Shown: positions 26,475-38,100, numbered from the stretch's first letter. The stretch: 64,000 nt of DNA from Okamejei kenojei (GCA_035221665.1 CM069160.1:22382001-22446000); one strand, 5' to 3'. Notes: generated by a model not told the origin, from the letters alone. Numbers and translations are program-made.

Positions 26475-26763
26475 TAGAAACATAGAACATAGAAACATAT
26501 AAGACAGGTACAGGAGGAGGCCTTTCGGCCATTCGAGCCGGCACCGCCATTCATTGTGATCATGGCTGATCGTCCGCTCTCAATAACCTGTGCCTGCCTT
26601 CTCCCCATATCCCTCGACTCCACTGGCCACTAGAGCTCTATCCAACTCTCTCTAAAATTCATCCAGTGATTTGGCCTCCACTGCCCTCTGTGGCAGGGAA
26701 TTCCATAACTTCACAACTCTCTGGGTAAAAAGGTTTTTTCTCACCTCAGTCTTAAATGACCTC
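26475..26763 (-). mobile_element. CR1 3' end
   Basis: (agaaacat)n tail plus CR1 3' UTR, similar to 16292-16580. Confidence 0.85.
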
Positions 26764-27523
26764 ACCTGTCCAAGAATCCTTGCAAGGATATAATTGTTGT
26801 ATCTGGGCCACGTGACAATAAACTCTCTTGATTTGACTTGACTTGATCCTTCTTAACCTTAATTTTGATTCCTCTTCTTAACTGTAATATATTTAAGGAT
26901 AACGCCTCCATAGAGGTACAACAACATTTTTCATGTATATTACAGTGAACTTGAATTTGAAATAGAGCAGCGAATTCTGGAGATTCATAATCTTCTGTGG
27001 TAAGAAATTCCACTTCAACATCATATGGGTGGCCATTTATCTGGTATCAAATTGGACAATAGAGAGTCTGAAGAAGGGTCTCGACCCCAAATATCACCCA
27101 TTCCTTCTCTCCAGACAGTTCAGTTACTCCTGCATTTTGTGACACACGTCTGTTTAAACCAGCATGTGCCGCAAAGATCTCGGCGTGGAGCGGGCGAGCC
27201 CTCGCCATGCCTCGCTGGAGGGGAGCGCTCCGTTTCACTGCCTGCGGCAGCCGGCTGCCTGGGGCCGCGGTTTGCAGAGCTCCAGCTGGAGCGGCATCCG
27301 GACACGGCGGGGACTTACTTTTCATCAGGAGCGGGGTCCTTCGCCAGGGATACCTGGAGGGGAGCTCCAGACCACCGGCCCTGCAGTCTGCGGTGTTTCT
27401 GGCTGCGGCGTGAACTTTAAATCTCCGACCGCCGGCCTGCGGCCTACACCAACCTGAAGCCGCGGTCTCCGGTGGAGAGGCACACCGATTCAGGACTTAC
27501 CTGGACTTTCTACCTTGTCTGCA

Positions 27524-28152
27524 TGTGAGGGATAAAGTGATTAAACCCTATAAAAGAAAGGAGTTTTAAAGAGAATTCAAACAGAGAGGGGCTGGAGAGA
27601 GGATTCTGACACAGCAGTGTCTGAAGGTTGCCAGACCCATCCTTGAGTCCTTGAGTAAGAAGAGATGCATTGTATAGCTAGAGAAGGGAGTGATGTAGAG
27701 AGATCCCTATCAGTGGAAAGGAGTGATGGATGGGACCCTTGTCACTATAGCTTAGCTTTAGTACTGATATAGGAAAACTGAGAGGGTTCACTAGGAGGTG
27801 AGTAAAACTGGGCCAGGTCATGAGCAATTGAGCATGCTTAATAGAATAAATGAATATTACAACACACCCCTGGTCAAGAAATTGCTCATTACCATGAACA
27901 TGTTTGAACATGCAATGTATGATATGGGAGGTGCGAGGGGATGTACGGTGGGTTGTACCTACAGATTGTGCACCTCCGACCCTGATTGGAGAAGGATCCG
28001 GAGGGGGGATTGAATGTAAGATTTTGTGTATAAAGGGGGATGATCTCTCTGGCTTCGGTGTGTCTCGAGTTGGAGAGGCACCCGGTCTGCAGACTCTTGC
28101 TTCCAGGATTTAGTCTTTGAGTATTAATTGTGAGCATAAAGGGTATCTCACA
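27524..28152 (+). mobile_element. Solo LTR (ERV- or Gypsy-type), 629 bp
   Basis: Begins TGTGAG and ends CTCACA (inverted termini). 4-bp TSD TGCA at 27520-27523 and 28153-28156. Internal ATTGG 27985-27989 and TATAAA 28029-28034. Confidence 0.8.
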
Positions 28153-28306
28153 TGCACATCTGGACGCCCGCAGCGAAGACTGCAGAGGGTGGATGGCCAG
28201 ACCACGGGGGAAAATGGAGGAGGACTGTCCAATTTTTGTGCCTTCCACCACAGTGATGAATGTTGTGGTGGATGTTTGTGTTAAACTTTTATTGTGTTTT
28301 GTGTGT

Positions 28307-28546
28307 ACACAAAAGGCTGGAAAAACTCAGCGGGTGCAGCAGCATCTGAGGAGCGAAGGAGATAGGCGACGTTTCGGGTCTCGACCCTTCTTCAGACTGG
28401 TCAGGGATCAGACCAGTCTGAAGAAGGGTCGACACCCGAAACGTAGCCTATCTCCTTCGCTCCTCAGATGCTGCTGCACCCGCTGAGTTTCTCCAGCCTT
28501 TTGTGTACCCTCGATTCTCCAGCATCTGCAGTTCCTTCTTTAAAAC
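28307..28546. mobile_element. Palindromic Penelope pLTR insertion with two opposed hammerhead cores
   Basis: About 97-bp near-perfect inverted arms around loop agggatca (28403-28410). Cores at 28368-28395 (minus) and 28418-28445 (plus). 16-bp TSD attgtgt(t/a)ttgtgtgt at 28291-28306 and 28547-28562. Confidence 0.85.
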
Positions 28547-28739
28547 ATTGTGTATTGTGTGTTCTTTATCATTGTACCGCTGCTGGCAAATTCACTTGCA
28601 CTTGCACTTAATGTGCAATGTGACGGATAAAACCTATTGTATTGTTAAGGTCATAGTATCTTTGATGAGCAGTTTCTTCCTGCAGAAAATGTGGTCCGAA
28701 CATGTGGCCGAGTGCTGCAAGAATTTCTTTTCAACCCAT

Positions 28740-28985
28740 ACTGACCTCCCGCCCCCTTTGTCCGCTGTTGATTGGTTCCGGCACCACCAAGACCAGACGG
28801 GGCGGGTCTATAGTGGTGATTGACAGCTCAGCGCCCAATCAGAGCACAGACCGGCCGGGTATCACCCACTCAGCACAGTTGGAGTGAGGAGTGACATGAC
28901 CGTGGTTCAATCGGGACCGTGGGGGGCGGGGAGCGCGCGTGACGTCAGGAGAGAGCGGGGAGACAAGCGGCGCCATTTTCTTTGC
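28740..28985 (+). promoter_or_regulatory. CpG-rich TATA-less promoter of RBM4
   Basis: GC boxes (cccgcccc 28748-28755, ggggcggg 28799-28806, ggggcgggg 28923-28931), CCAAT boxes (gattgg 28770-28775, ccaat 28835-28839), perfect CRE TGACGTCA 28940-28947, YY1-type gcggcgccattttc 28967-28980. CpG-dense, about 150-390 bp upstream of the ATG. Confidence 0.8.
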
Positions 28986-29126
28986 CCTCGAGTCGAGTCG
29001 GAGTCGCCGGGCGTTTGTTGTTTTTTAAACTCGTGTTTTGTTGCTCAGTGGCTCGTATTTCCCTCCCCCCCTCTCCTGCTTTATCTGTTATTCATCTCCT
29101 CCAGACGCTCCGAAAGAACAAAGAAG

Positions 29127-29231
29127 ATGGTGAAGATTTTCGTGGGCAACTTGTCGCGGCCCACAACCGTCGAGGAGATCCGCTCCCTGTTCGAGAAGTA
29201 CGGGCCGGTCAGCGAGTGCGACCTGATCAAG
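29127..29231 (+). CDS. rbm4: RBM4 (RNA-binding motif protein 4 / lark) coding exon 1, N-terminal part of RRM1
   Basis: aagATGg Kozak context. Translates [35 protein letters not shown] (RNP2 IFVGNL), matching the RBM4 N-terminus. Phase-0 donor AAG|GTGGGG at 29232. Confidence 0.92.
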
Positions 29232-29334
29232 GTGGGGACTCGGGGACTCGGGCCGCTGCAGCCCCGGGGCGGCGGGACCCCGAGGGGAAGTTGTGTTGAG
29301 GGAGGGAGTGGAGAGGTGGCGCCTAACTTACAAA

Positions 29335-30372
29335 ATCCTTACAGGGCCTTGGGGAGGCCACACCTGGAGTATTGCGTACAGTTTCGGTCTCCAAATCTGA
29401 GGAAAGACATTCTTGCCGTAGAGGGAGTACAGAGAAGGTTCACCAGACTGATTCCTGGGATGGCAGGACTTTCCTACGAAGAAAGACTGGATAGACTCGG
29501 CTTGTACTCACTAGAATTTAGAAGATTGAGGAGGGATCTTATAGAAATTACAAAATTCTTTTAGTACCGAGATGAGAAATTTTCTTCACACAGACAGTGG
29601 TGAATCTCTGGAATTCTCTGCCAGAGAAAGTAGTTGAGGCCAGTTAATTTGCTGATTGAAAGACTGGATAGAGGGCACACAAAAGGCTGGAGAAACTCAG
29701 CGGGTGCAGCAGCATCTAAGGAGCGAAGGAGATAGGCGACGTTTCGGGTCGAGACCCTACTTCAGACTGGTCTTTCACTGGTCTCGACCCGAAACGTCGC
29801 CTATCTCCTTAAAGACTGGATAGGTTCGGCTTGTACTCGCTAGAATTTAGAAGATTGAGGGGGGGTCTTATGGAAACTTAGAAAAATTCATCAGGGGTTG
29901 GACAGGCTAGATGCAGGAAGATTGTTCCCGATGTTGGGGAAGTCCAGAACAAAGGGTCACAGTTTAAGGATAAGGGGGAAGTCTTTTAGGACCGAGTTGA
30001 GAAAAACATTTTTCACACACGCAGTGGTGAGTCTGTGGGAATTCTCTGCCGCAGAAGGGGAGATAGCCAGAATAGTGGGAACAATAGGCCGGTTAGTCTG
30101 ACTTCAGTGGTTGGTTAGATTTGTCCATTATAAACATTTTCACACAGAGAGTGGTGAGTCTCTGGAATTCTCTGCTACAGAAGGTAGTTGAGGTCACTTC
30201 ATTGGCTATATTGAAGAGGGAGTTAGATGTGGCCCTTATGGCTAAAGGGATCAGGGGGTACGGAGAGAAGGCAGGTACGGCATACCGAGTTGGATGATCA
30301 GCCATGATCATATTGAATGGTGGTGCAGGCTCGAAGGGCTGAATGGCCTACTCCTGCACCCATTTTCTATGT
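29335..30372 (+). mobile_element. CR1 3' fragments (partly tandem-duplicated) in RBM4 intron 1, with a pLTR insertion at 29672-29810
   Basis: [10 protein letters not shown]...[11 protein letters not shown]. The pLTR insertion is flanked by aaagactggatag at 29659-29671 and 29811-29823. Confidence 0.87.
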
Positions 30373-31639
30373 TAACACGAGTGAGAGCTCAGGCGAGGGT
30401 CATCCTGATGGTTCAGTGGCCTTGAAACTTAGAGTATAGTTGATTGGAGAGAGGCTCCTATTGTGAACAGGGCTAGTAAAATGGGGTTTAGTACAGTACA
30501 TTGTTATATGTTTATCTAAATTATCCGTTTGAGAGGTTATTTGAACTAACCAAGCGTAATCAAACTAGTCCCATTTCCTGTGTAAGAAAGAACTGCAGAT
30601 GCTGGTTTAAATGCTTGTACAAAATGCTGGAGTAACACGGCGGGAGAGGCAGCATCTCTAGGGAGAAGGAATGGGCAATGTTTCGGGGTCGAGACCCTTC
30701 TTCAGAACCATTTCTTAATTCTCTAACCCAGAGTTTTACAAATTCCTTACTTTCAGAAACTTGCTATTAAATCTGCTTTCATTTTGACACTTCAACCTAG
30801 CCACTTGCTTTATTTTAAAATATATCCTTGTGTCCCTGTTGTGGTTCGTTTCACTTTGTAAGAGTCACAGTGCTTGCAGTACAGAAGCAGACACTGTGAC
30901 CCTGTCTGTGGACCATCGTGCCAATCTAGCCACTCCCCAGGTGCCAGCCATTACCATCTACGTCCTGCCCTGGTTGAATTTCCCACTTTGCAATTGTCCT
31001 AGTTAAATTCCATATGCCATACCCAATTTCTAAATTGATCTTTCTCCTCTTATACCATTAGACACCTTCACTAATATTCTAACTCAATAATACCTATGAT
31101 AAACAGCTAATTTTGCAGCACCAATCCTGCTGCTCACAAGCCTCTAATCTTAAAAACATCCCACCCTCACCACCAGGACAACCTCCACTCACTGCTTTCC
31201 TTCATTCTTGAGGATAAAATGTCTCTTATACCACTATTTTCTAATATTCAACCTTCCACTTGGCTATAGTTTGTTAAATACCATGAATTTAATCAACGTG
31301 ATCAGACTTATTTCTGCTTATCAAATGCCCGAGGATGTCAACATTCCCCAATCAACTCTGTTACTTCCACAAAAAAAAATCAAGTCAGATGGACACAATT
31401 TGCTTTTAACGTCAGTACTGTCATTTCCTAAATTATCCATGCTTGTTTAAGAGATTGCTAATTCTGATAATAATTTCAAAAAAATGTGCTTTTTATGTGC
31501 ATAAACTCATCTTGAACTCTTGTTTCTGTAGCCGTGTGGACCCACGAGGCTTCTTGTCGAATGTTGCAGGGTACTGGTGAATGAGAAAAACTATTAGTCT
31601 TGAACAAGCTTATAATAGCAGTGCATTTGGAGAGCAGTG

Positions 31640-33137
31640 ACGCGTAGGACTAGTAGTGTCTAGCAAGGTTCGTTGCTGGAACCCCAGTGATTTACAATAT
31701 TGATTAACTATTTAGACAAGGGAATTAAATGTCACCGCGTTTGCGGATGACACAAAGATGGTTAGCAGTGTGAGCTGCGAGGAGGATGCAAAGAGGGTGC
31801 AAGGTAGGTTGGGTGAGTGGGCAGATGCAGGATGATGTGGATAAATATGACGTTATCCACATTTGGGGTAATGACAGGAAGTCAATTTATCTGAATGTTG
31901 CCAGATTAGGAAAAAGGAGGTGCAAGGAGACCTGGGTGTGCTTGCAGAGATGCCAAGTGTCCCGGATTCGCCGTATTTTATCCCGGCGAAATAACCTTTT
32001 TACGGTGTTCCGGCAGCCAAACATGCTGTTACGGAACACCGCCGCGCCGGTGTTCCTCCCGTGGTGAACGCCGGCGCCATGTGCCCCCGGTTTGCCAGCC
32101 CGGCAGCTCGCAGCCACGCCCGGCCCAGAGCCCGGGCGGCGCCGGCCCGCGCGATCAGCGGCACATTCTTGCCGCCAGCCGGCCGCACGCGGCAGCCCCA
32201 TCACCGGGCCTCCCCCCACCCCCACCCAGTGCGCAGGCGCAGACCCGCCGGCAACCTTGCCAAGTGCGCATGTGCCGCACCCGCCCGCCGGCAGCCCGCT
32301 GATCTGCACCAGTGCGCAGGCGCATAGCCGCCGGCAACAACTCCAAGTGAATGTTACGGAGAGAAATGCATTTAACCCCATTTGTTACGGACAAATGGGT
32401 TGAATGTTACTGTGAACTAAATTTAGGGTTGGCATCTATGTGCTTGTACATCAGTCACTGAAAATAAGCAAACAGGTACAGCAGGCAGTGAAGAAAGCTA
32501 ATGGCATGTTGGCCTTCATTGCAGGAGGATGTGAGTTTAGGCGCAAGGAGGTCCTACTGTAGTGGTACAGGGTCCTGGTGAGACCACGCCTGGAGTATTG
32601 TGTGCAATTTTGGTCTCCTAATTTGAGGAAGGACATTATTGCTCTTGAGGGAGTGCAGCGTAGGTTCACCAGGTTAATTCATGGGGTGCCGAGACTGACA
32701 TGTGATGAAAGAGTATGTCGACTGGGTTTGTGTTCACTGGAATTTAGAAGGATGAGGGGGGATCTAAAAGAAACATAAAATTCCTGAAGTATTGGAGAAG
32801 CTAGTTGCCGAAAAATGTTTTCCTTTTGGGGAGTCCAGAATCAGGGGTCACAGTTTAAGAATAAAGGGTAGGCCTTTTAGGACTGATGGGGGAGAACCTT
32901 TTTCAGCTAGAGAGTTATGAATCTGGATTTCTCTGCCACAGAAGGCGCTGGAGGCCTATTCAATGGATGTATTCAAGAGAGAGTTAGATATAACTCTTCG
33001 GGCTAAAGAAATCAAGGGATATGGGGAGAAGGCAGGAACAGGGTACTGATTATGAATGATCAGCCATGATCGTTTTGAATGGCGGTGCTGGCTGGAAGGG
33101 CCGAATGGGCTACACCTGCATCTATTTTCTATGTTTC
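31640..33137 (+). mobile_element. CR1 RT/3' fragment in RBM4 intron 1, interrupted by a MITE
   Basis: FADDTK, RPRLEYCVQFWSPNLRKD, CR1 3' UTR. Confidence 0.85.
31945..32440. mobile_element. GC-rich non-autonomous DNA transposon (hAT-like MITE)
   Basis: TIRs CAGAGATGCCAA / TTGGCATCTATG (11/12 match). Target duplication tgcttg (31939-44 and 32441-46), extendable to tgtgcttg. Removing it restores the CR1 sequence. Confidence 0.78.
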
Positions 33138-33289
33138 TTTTTTTTAATGAATCTTGGTGAGGATTTCCTGGCCTCATAATGTCGTCGTTTTCCCAAGATG
33201 TGAATGTGCAAATGCATGTGCTATTGCTTGTGTATAGGAGGAAAAGATTTAATTTGATTTGTAACCTCTATGTCCTTGTCCTTCAACAG

Positions 33290-33596
33290 AATTATGGCTT
33301 TGTGCACATGAAGGACAGGGAGGCAGCAAAGGAGGCAATTGAGAACCTGCATCACTATAAGCTGCATGGCGTCAGCATCAATGTCGAGGCCAGCAAGGGT
33401 GGGTCCAAGTCGTCCACCAAACTTCACGTGGGTAACCTAGGCAGTGGTTGCACCAGTGAGGAACTGCAGGCCAAATTCGAGGAGTATGGGACGGTCCTGG
33501 AGTGCGATATCGTTAAGGATTATGCCTTTGTGCATTTGGAGAGGAGTGAGGATGCCATGGAAGCCATCAGGGGACTTGATGGCACAGAATTCAAAG
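33290..33596 (+). CDS. rbm4: RBM4 coding exon 2, rest of RRM1 and most of RRM2
   Basis: Acceptor tgtccttgtccttcaacag|. Translates [36 protein letters not shown]...[10 protein letters not shown]...[33 protein letters not shown]. Phase-1 donor AAG|GTGAAA at 33597. Confidence 0.95.
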
Positions 33597-34170
33597 GTGA
33601 AATTCCTGGAAGTGGCTTATTCAAAATGCTTTGTTTTATGGTGATGTACCAATTTGGTGCATATGCATGTACTCTTCACTGCTGCTTAATTCTGTCCAAA
33701 CACCCTGCATAATATCTGTGGCATGTTCTTTTGAGCTCTGCAGTGTCCCCTTTAAGGACTGCAGTGATCTAAAGTGTTGACTAACGCTCAGTCTCTTTGC
33801 TCCCGCATTGAGCAAGAATCTAATTTTCATTGATGTATGAGGGCTTTCAATTTCTGCATTAGGTGCTTATCAAGTGGGAATACTTTCATGGTGAACATAA
33901 ATTTAAATCTGATCTACAGACTGTTGGAATATTTTGAAGTTACTAAGTCACTCTGAAATTTGTTTCAGTAGCATCTAAGTGATTGCATTGCCTTGTTTCA
34001 ATAACATCTAAGTCAGAAAGCATCTTTGTCAGGATGTCCAGTGGGAAACGGGCTACTGCTAGTCATTTAAAAGTATCACGGATCATGAAATGTGACAGCA
34101 ATTTTGCACTGCCGAGCTTTTCGATAAATCTATATGGTATCTCTGGGAAAATATGCATAGTGCATTATTT

Positions 34171-34345
34171 AGAAACATAGAAAAATAGGTGCGGGGGTGG
34201 GCCATTTGGCCCTTCAAGCCAGTACCGCCATTCAATATGATCATGGCTGATCATCTAAAATCTCTACCCCGTTCCTGCTTTTTCCCCATATCACTTGATT
34301 TGTTTAGTCCTGAGAGTGAAATCTAACACTCTTGAAAACATCCAG
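34171..34345 (-). mobile_element. CR1 3' end in RBM4 intron 2
   Basis: agaaacatag tail plus CR1 3' UTR, reverse-complementary to about 32985-33137. Confidence 0.82.
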
Positions 34346-35199
34346 TGATTAGGCCAAATAGTTTCCCCACTGTCTTGCTGGGTTATACCTACTCAACACC
34401 TGCTGCAAGTTTGTTATTTTGTTACTGTAGTGCACGTGCATATTGTGGGCAAGTTAGAGTGTTATTATTTTTCCTTGAGTTGATTGGGCACCAGATATAT
34501 ATCTATATATTCAAATTATGGACTGTCCTTGAATTGAGAAAATTGTACAGCTTTCCACGTCAACGACCCAATAACATAATTTAAGATTATTAAACATCTT
34601 AAGGGGTTATTGTTATGTGTTTTATTCATGCAGCTGAGATGGAAGTAATTGTGTCAGTGAAATCTTTGCAGCTAGCCCACATACTCTTTGTACCCTCCCA
34701 GCTGCCTGGTTGGATGTATGCATATTTGCTGGTTACATTCTACTGGCATTTCATTGGCAAGTTAAATACAGGCACTCTCGACTTGCATAATTGTGTGTAA
34801 TCGGTGACTTGTATAAACTTGCACTGACACAATCGTAATCGTAATTAATTTATTAGCCAAGTATGTCTTGTAACATACAAAGATTTTAGTTTTACCATAG
34901 TCATACCAAAAATAAACAACAAGACACAACTACATGAAAATTGACATAAACATCCACCACAGTGGCTCCACCACATTCCCCAGTGAGGTGGAAGGCAATA
35001 AAGTCTTATCTTCTTTCCTCCTTTTCTCCCGCGGTCGGGGCAGTCAAACCATCTGCAGTCGGGGTGGTCGAAATTCCTGTGGCTTGGAACTCCTGAAGTC
35101 GATCCCTAACCAGGGACCGCGAGCTCCACGATGTTAAGTCCGCAGGCTCCCATGGTTGGTGCTCCCTCGAGGCGAGAGATCGCTCTGGTGTTCACCGTA

Positions 35200-38100
35200 A
35201 CCCGGCAGCAGTCAAGACTAAGAGAGCTGTTGGACTCTTTTGAGTTTGTCGATGCGTGGCAGAATTTCCATCCTGACTCTAGTGCCTTCTCGTACAGGTA
35301 TGAGGGTGGTTGTTCACGTATTGACCACTTGTACGTTTCCGGTGCTGTGTTCGGACCACAGCCTGGTCCGAGTGGACTTTATCCCAGCGCGCACACGAGC
35401 ATGGTCTGCGTATTGGCATTCTTGCGTATTGGCAAGAAGGGAGCATTGAGGGACCAGCTTAGGAGGTCCCGGGGCGATATGTGAGGTCGTGAATCCAGAT
35501 ATTGCGTGATCTGGGCCGCGCCTCCCCCTTTTTCTTCTCTCTGGAGAAGTGGCGAGGAGCCCACAGGCAGCTCGTTGAGTTGCTTGCATATGATGCCTCC
35601 TCTGTCATGGATCCAGTGAGCATCTGTGCCTCGGTTCAATCTTTCTACAGGACTCTGTTCTCCGTGGGTAGATCTAGTGGGGATGCGCTGGGGGTCCTGT
35701 GGGAGGGCTTACCCTTAGTGTGCAAAGAAGTGGCTGAACACCTCGAGGATCCCTTAACTCTGTAGGAGCTGACTGCTACCCTGCATCAGCTCGGGGGGGG
35801 GGGGGGGGGGGGCAAGTCTCCAGGACTGGATGGGCTAGACAGTGGAGTCTCTTAGAGCCTTCTGGGATGTCCTGGGGTGTGACTATATGAAGGTCCTGGA
35901 GAAGAGCCTGGCAACTGGGGGGATGCCCTTCTCGTGGCGCAGGGCAGTCATTGTCCTGCTACCGAAGAAGGGCGATCTCCGCCTTTTGAAGAACTGGTGC
36001 CTGGTCTCTCTCCTCAGCACAGATTACAAAGTCTTTGCATGGGCAATGGAGAACCGCCTGGCCCCCGTGCTGGCCCAAATGATCCACCCGGACCAGTCCT
36101 ACAGTCCCGGGCCGGTCCATCCAGGACAATATCCATCTGATTCGGGACCTGATCCATTTGTCCCATGGGGCTGGAGAATCAGTCGCCTTTCTCTCCCTTG
36201 ACCAGGAGAAGGCGTTTGACAGGGTGGATCATGAGTACCTTCTTGGGACTCTACAGACGTTCGGATTTGGACCGCACTTCGCGGCCCGATTACGCTGCCG
36301 CGGTGTGCCTTGTTAAGGACAACGGCTCTTTGTTGGCCCCCATTCACTTTAGGTGGGGGGTACGTCAGGAATGTCCCATGTCCGGCCAACTGTATTCCAT
36401 CTATGTAGATCCATTCCATTGCCTTCTCCGTAGGTGGTTGACAGGCCTGGCTCTACCTGGGGTGGAGGTGGTTCTTTCGACCTACACCGATTATGTCCTT
36501 TTGATGTTCACAGACCCTGTTGACCTGCGGAGGATACGCGATTGCCAGCAGGTTTTCTCAGCTGCCAGGATCAACTGGGGGAAGTGTTCTGGTCTCTTGG
36601 TGGGTCAGTGGGAGGTGAACTCCCAGCCGGAGGAAATGACATCTTATGCGTGGAGCACCACGCACCTCCTCTACCTGTGGGTCTACCTGAATCCCACTGA
36701 GGGGGGTACACAAAAAGCTGGAGAAACTCAGCGGGTGCAGCAGCATCTAAGGAGCGAAGGAGATAGGCGACGTTTCGGGTCGAGACCCTTCTTCAGACTC
36801 TCTGGGTGAGGATGTGGTTGTAGAGTTGGAGGGAAGGTGGTATCACAGAGGGGGAGCAGTTAGAGAGGAGGTTGTGAAACTGTCTCCGTAGGGAGGAGGA
36901 GAACTTCTTCAAAGTAGGCATACCTTGAGGAGATGTCGCAGTGGAGTAGACAAAGTTTTAAAGAAGGAACTGCAGATGCTGGAGAATCGAGGGTACACAA
37001 AAAGCTGGAGAAACTCAGCGGGTGCAGCAGCATCTAAGGAGCGAAGGAAATGGGCGACGTTTCGGGTCGAGACCCTTCTTCCCACTGAGGGGGCTTGGCC
37101 AGCGATCTGGTAGGAGCTAGAGGCGAAAGTCTTCGGCCGGCCTTCTTGGTGTGCTCTCTTATTGGGGGAGACCATTGGTCACAAACCAGCTGGTGGCCTC
37201 TATATTGTAGTAGCGGCTGGCCACTCTCGTCCCACCCTCTTTATTTGTCACCATGATCCAGAGGAGGTTGGTAAACTCCTTCTGGGGAGGGAAGAATCAT
37301 TGGGTCTCCCGTTGGAGGAGGCCAGTCAGGCACTGGTTTGTGTCCGTACCCAGGTGGCGTCTCACCGTCTGAGAATCCTGCTGTGGTATATGTATTCCGA
37401 GTGTCCTCCTAGATGGCATGCATGGCGATGTACTTTTTCCGCCATGGTCGCAGCCTTCAGGAGGACACACAGTTCCCAGTAGCGGGCACCAGTCGACATG
37501 CTAAGCGGGAGTTACCTGGCTTTTATCGGGATATACTTAAAGCCAGGAATCTGGTCACCTTCAGCCAGGGAGCTGCTTCACAGGGTGAGGAAGGTGTTGT
37601 GGCTGCGAGGGTGGACGATCTTCACCCTGTTATGGTGGGTATCGAGGAGATAGGCATGTGCGTGGAGCGATTCCGGCCGAGCCTACCCCCGCTCCATCGG
37701 AATTGCTCATAGGGCCATACGTCCCGGGCCTTTCAGAGATGCCCAGTGTTCCGTGACGCGGAGAAGTGTGTACTGTACAGGCTGCCCGTGTATACTCTGC
37801 ACTTCCTCGCACTGGTCTTCCGTCCAGATATGCCCTGGCGGTCTGTGGTACCACCTAATGGCAGGAGTGGTCCATAGTGGAGGTCTCTCTATAAGGCAGT
37901 CCTCCCCCATTACAGCGAGGAAGAGATCATGTTCCATTTGTTCATGCAGTGTGAGACTTTGCAGCCCCTGTACGACTATCAGAAGGGGCTGTTCTTCAGG
38001 TTTTGCCTGCATGTTAGCCCCACACTCCTGATATTTGGGCTCCCGGTACAGAGGGGAGAAGGTCGGGGGGGGGGGGGGGGGGCGATCTCCCTGTCCGTCT

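Noticed and set aside
28001-28016. gaggggggat-TG as a polypurine tract marking an LTR start
   Set aside because: The TG...CA termini and TGCA TSD place the LTR at 27524-28152, so this G-run is internal to it.
28884-29564. 226-aa ORF joining the RBM4 N-terminus to CR1 ORF2 sequence
   Set aside because: Read-through of the exon-1 donor into an intronic CR1 fragment. The real frame splices at 29231 to 33290.
33179-33712. 177-aa ORF as a stand-alone RRM gene
   Set aside because: The flanking residues are intronic; canonical splice sites delimit 33290-33596.
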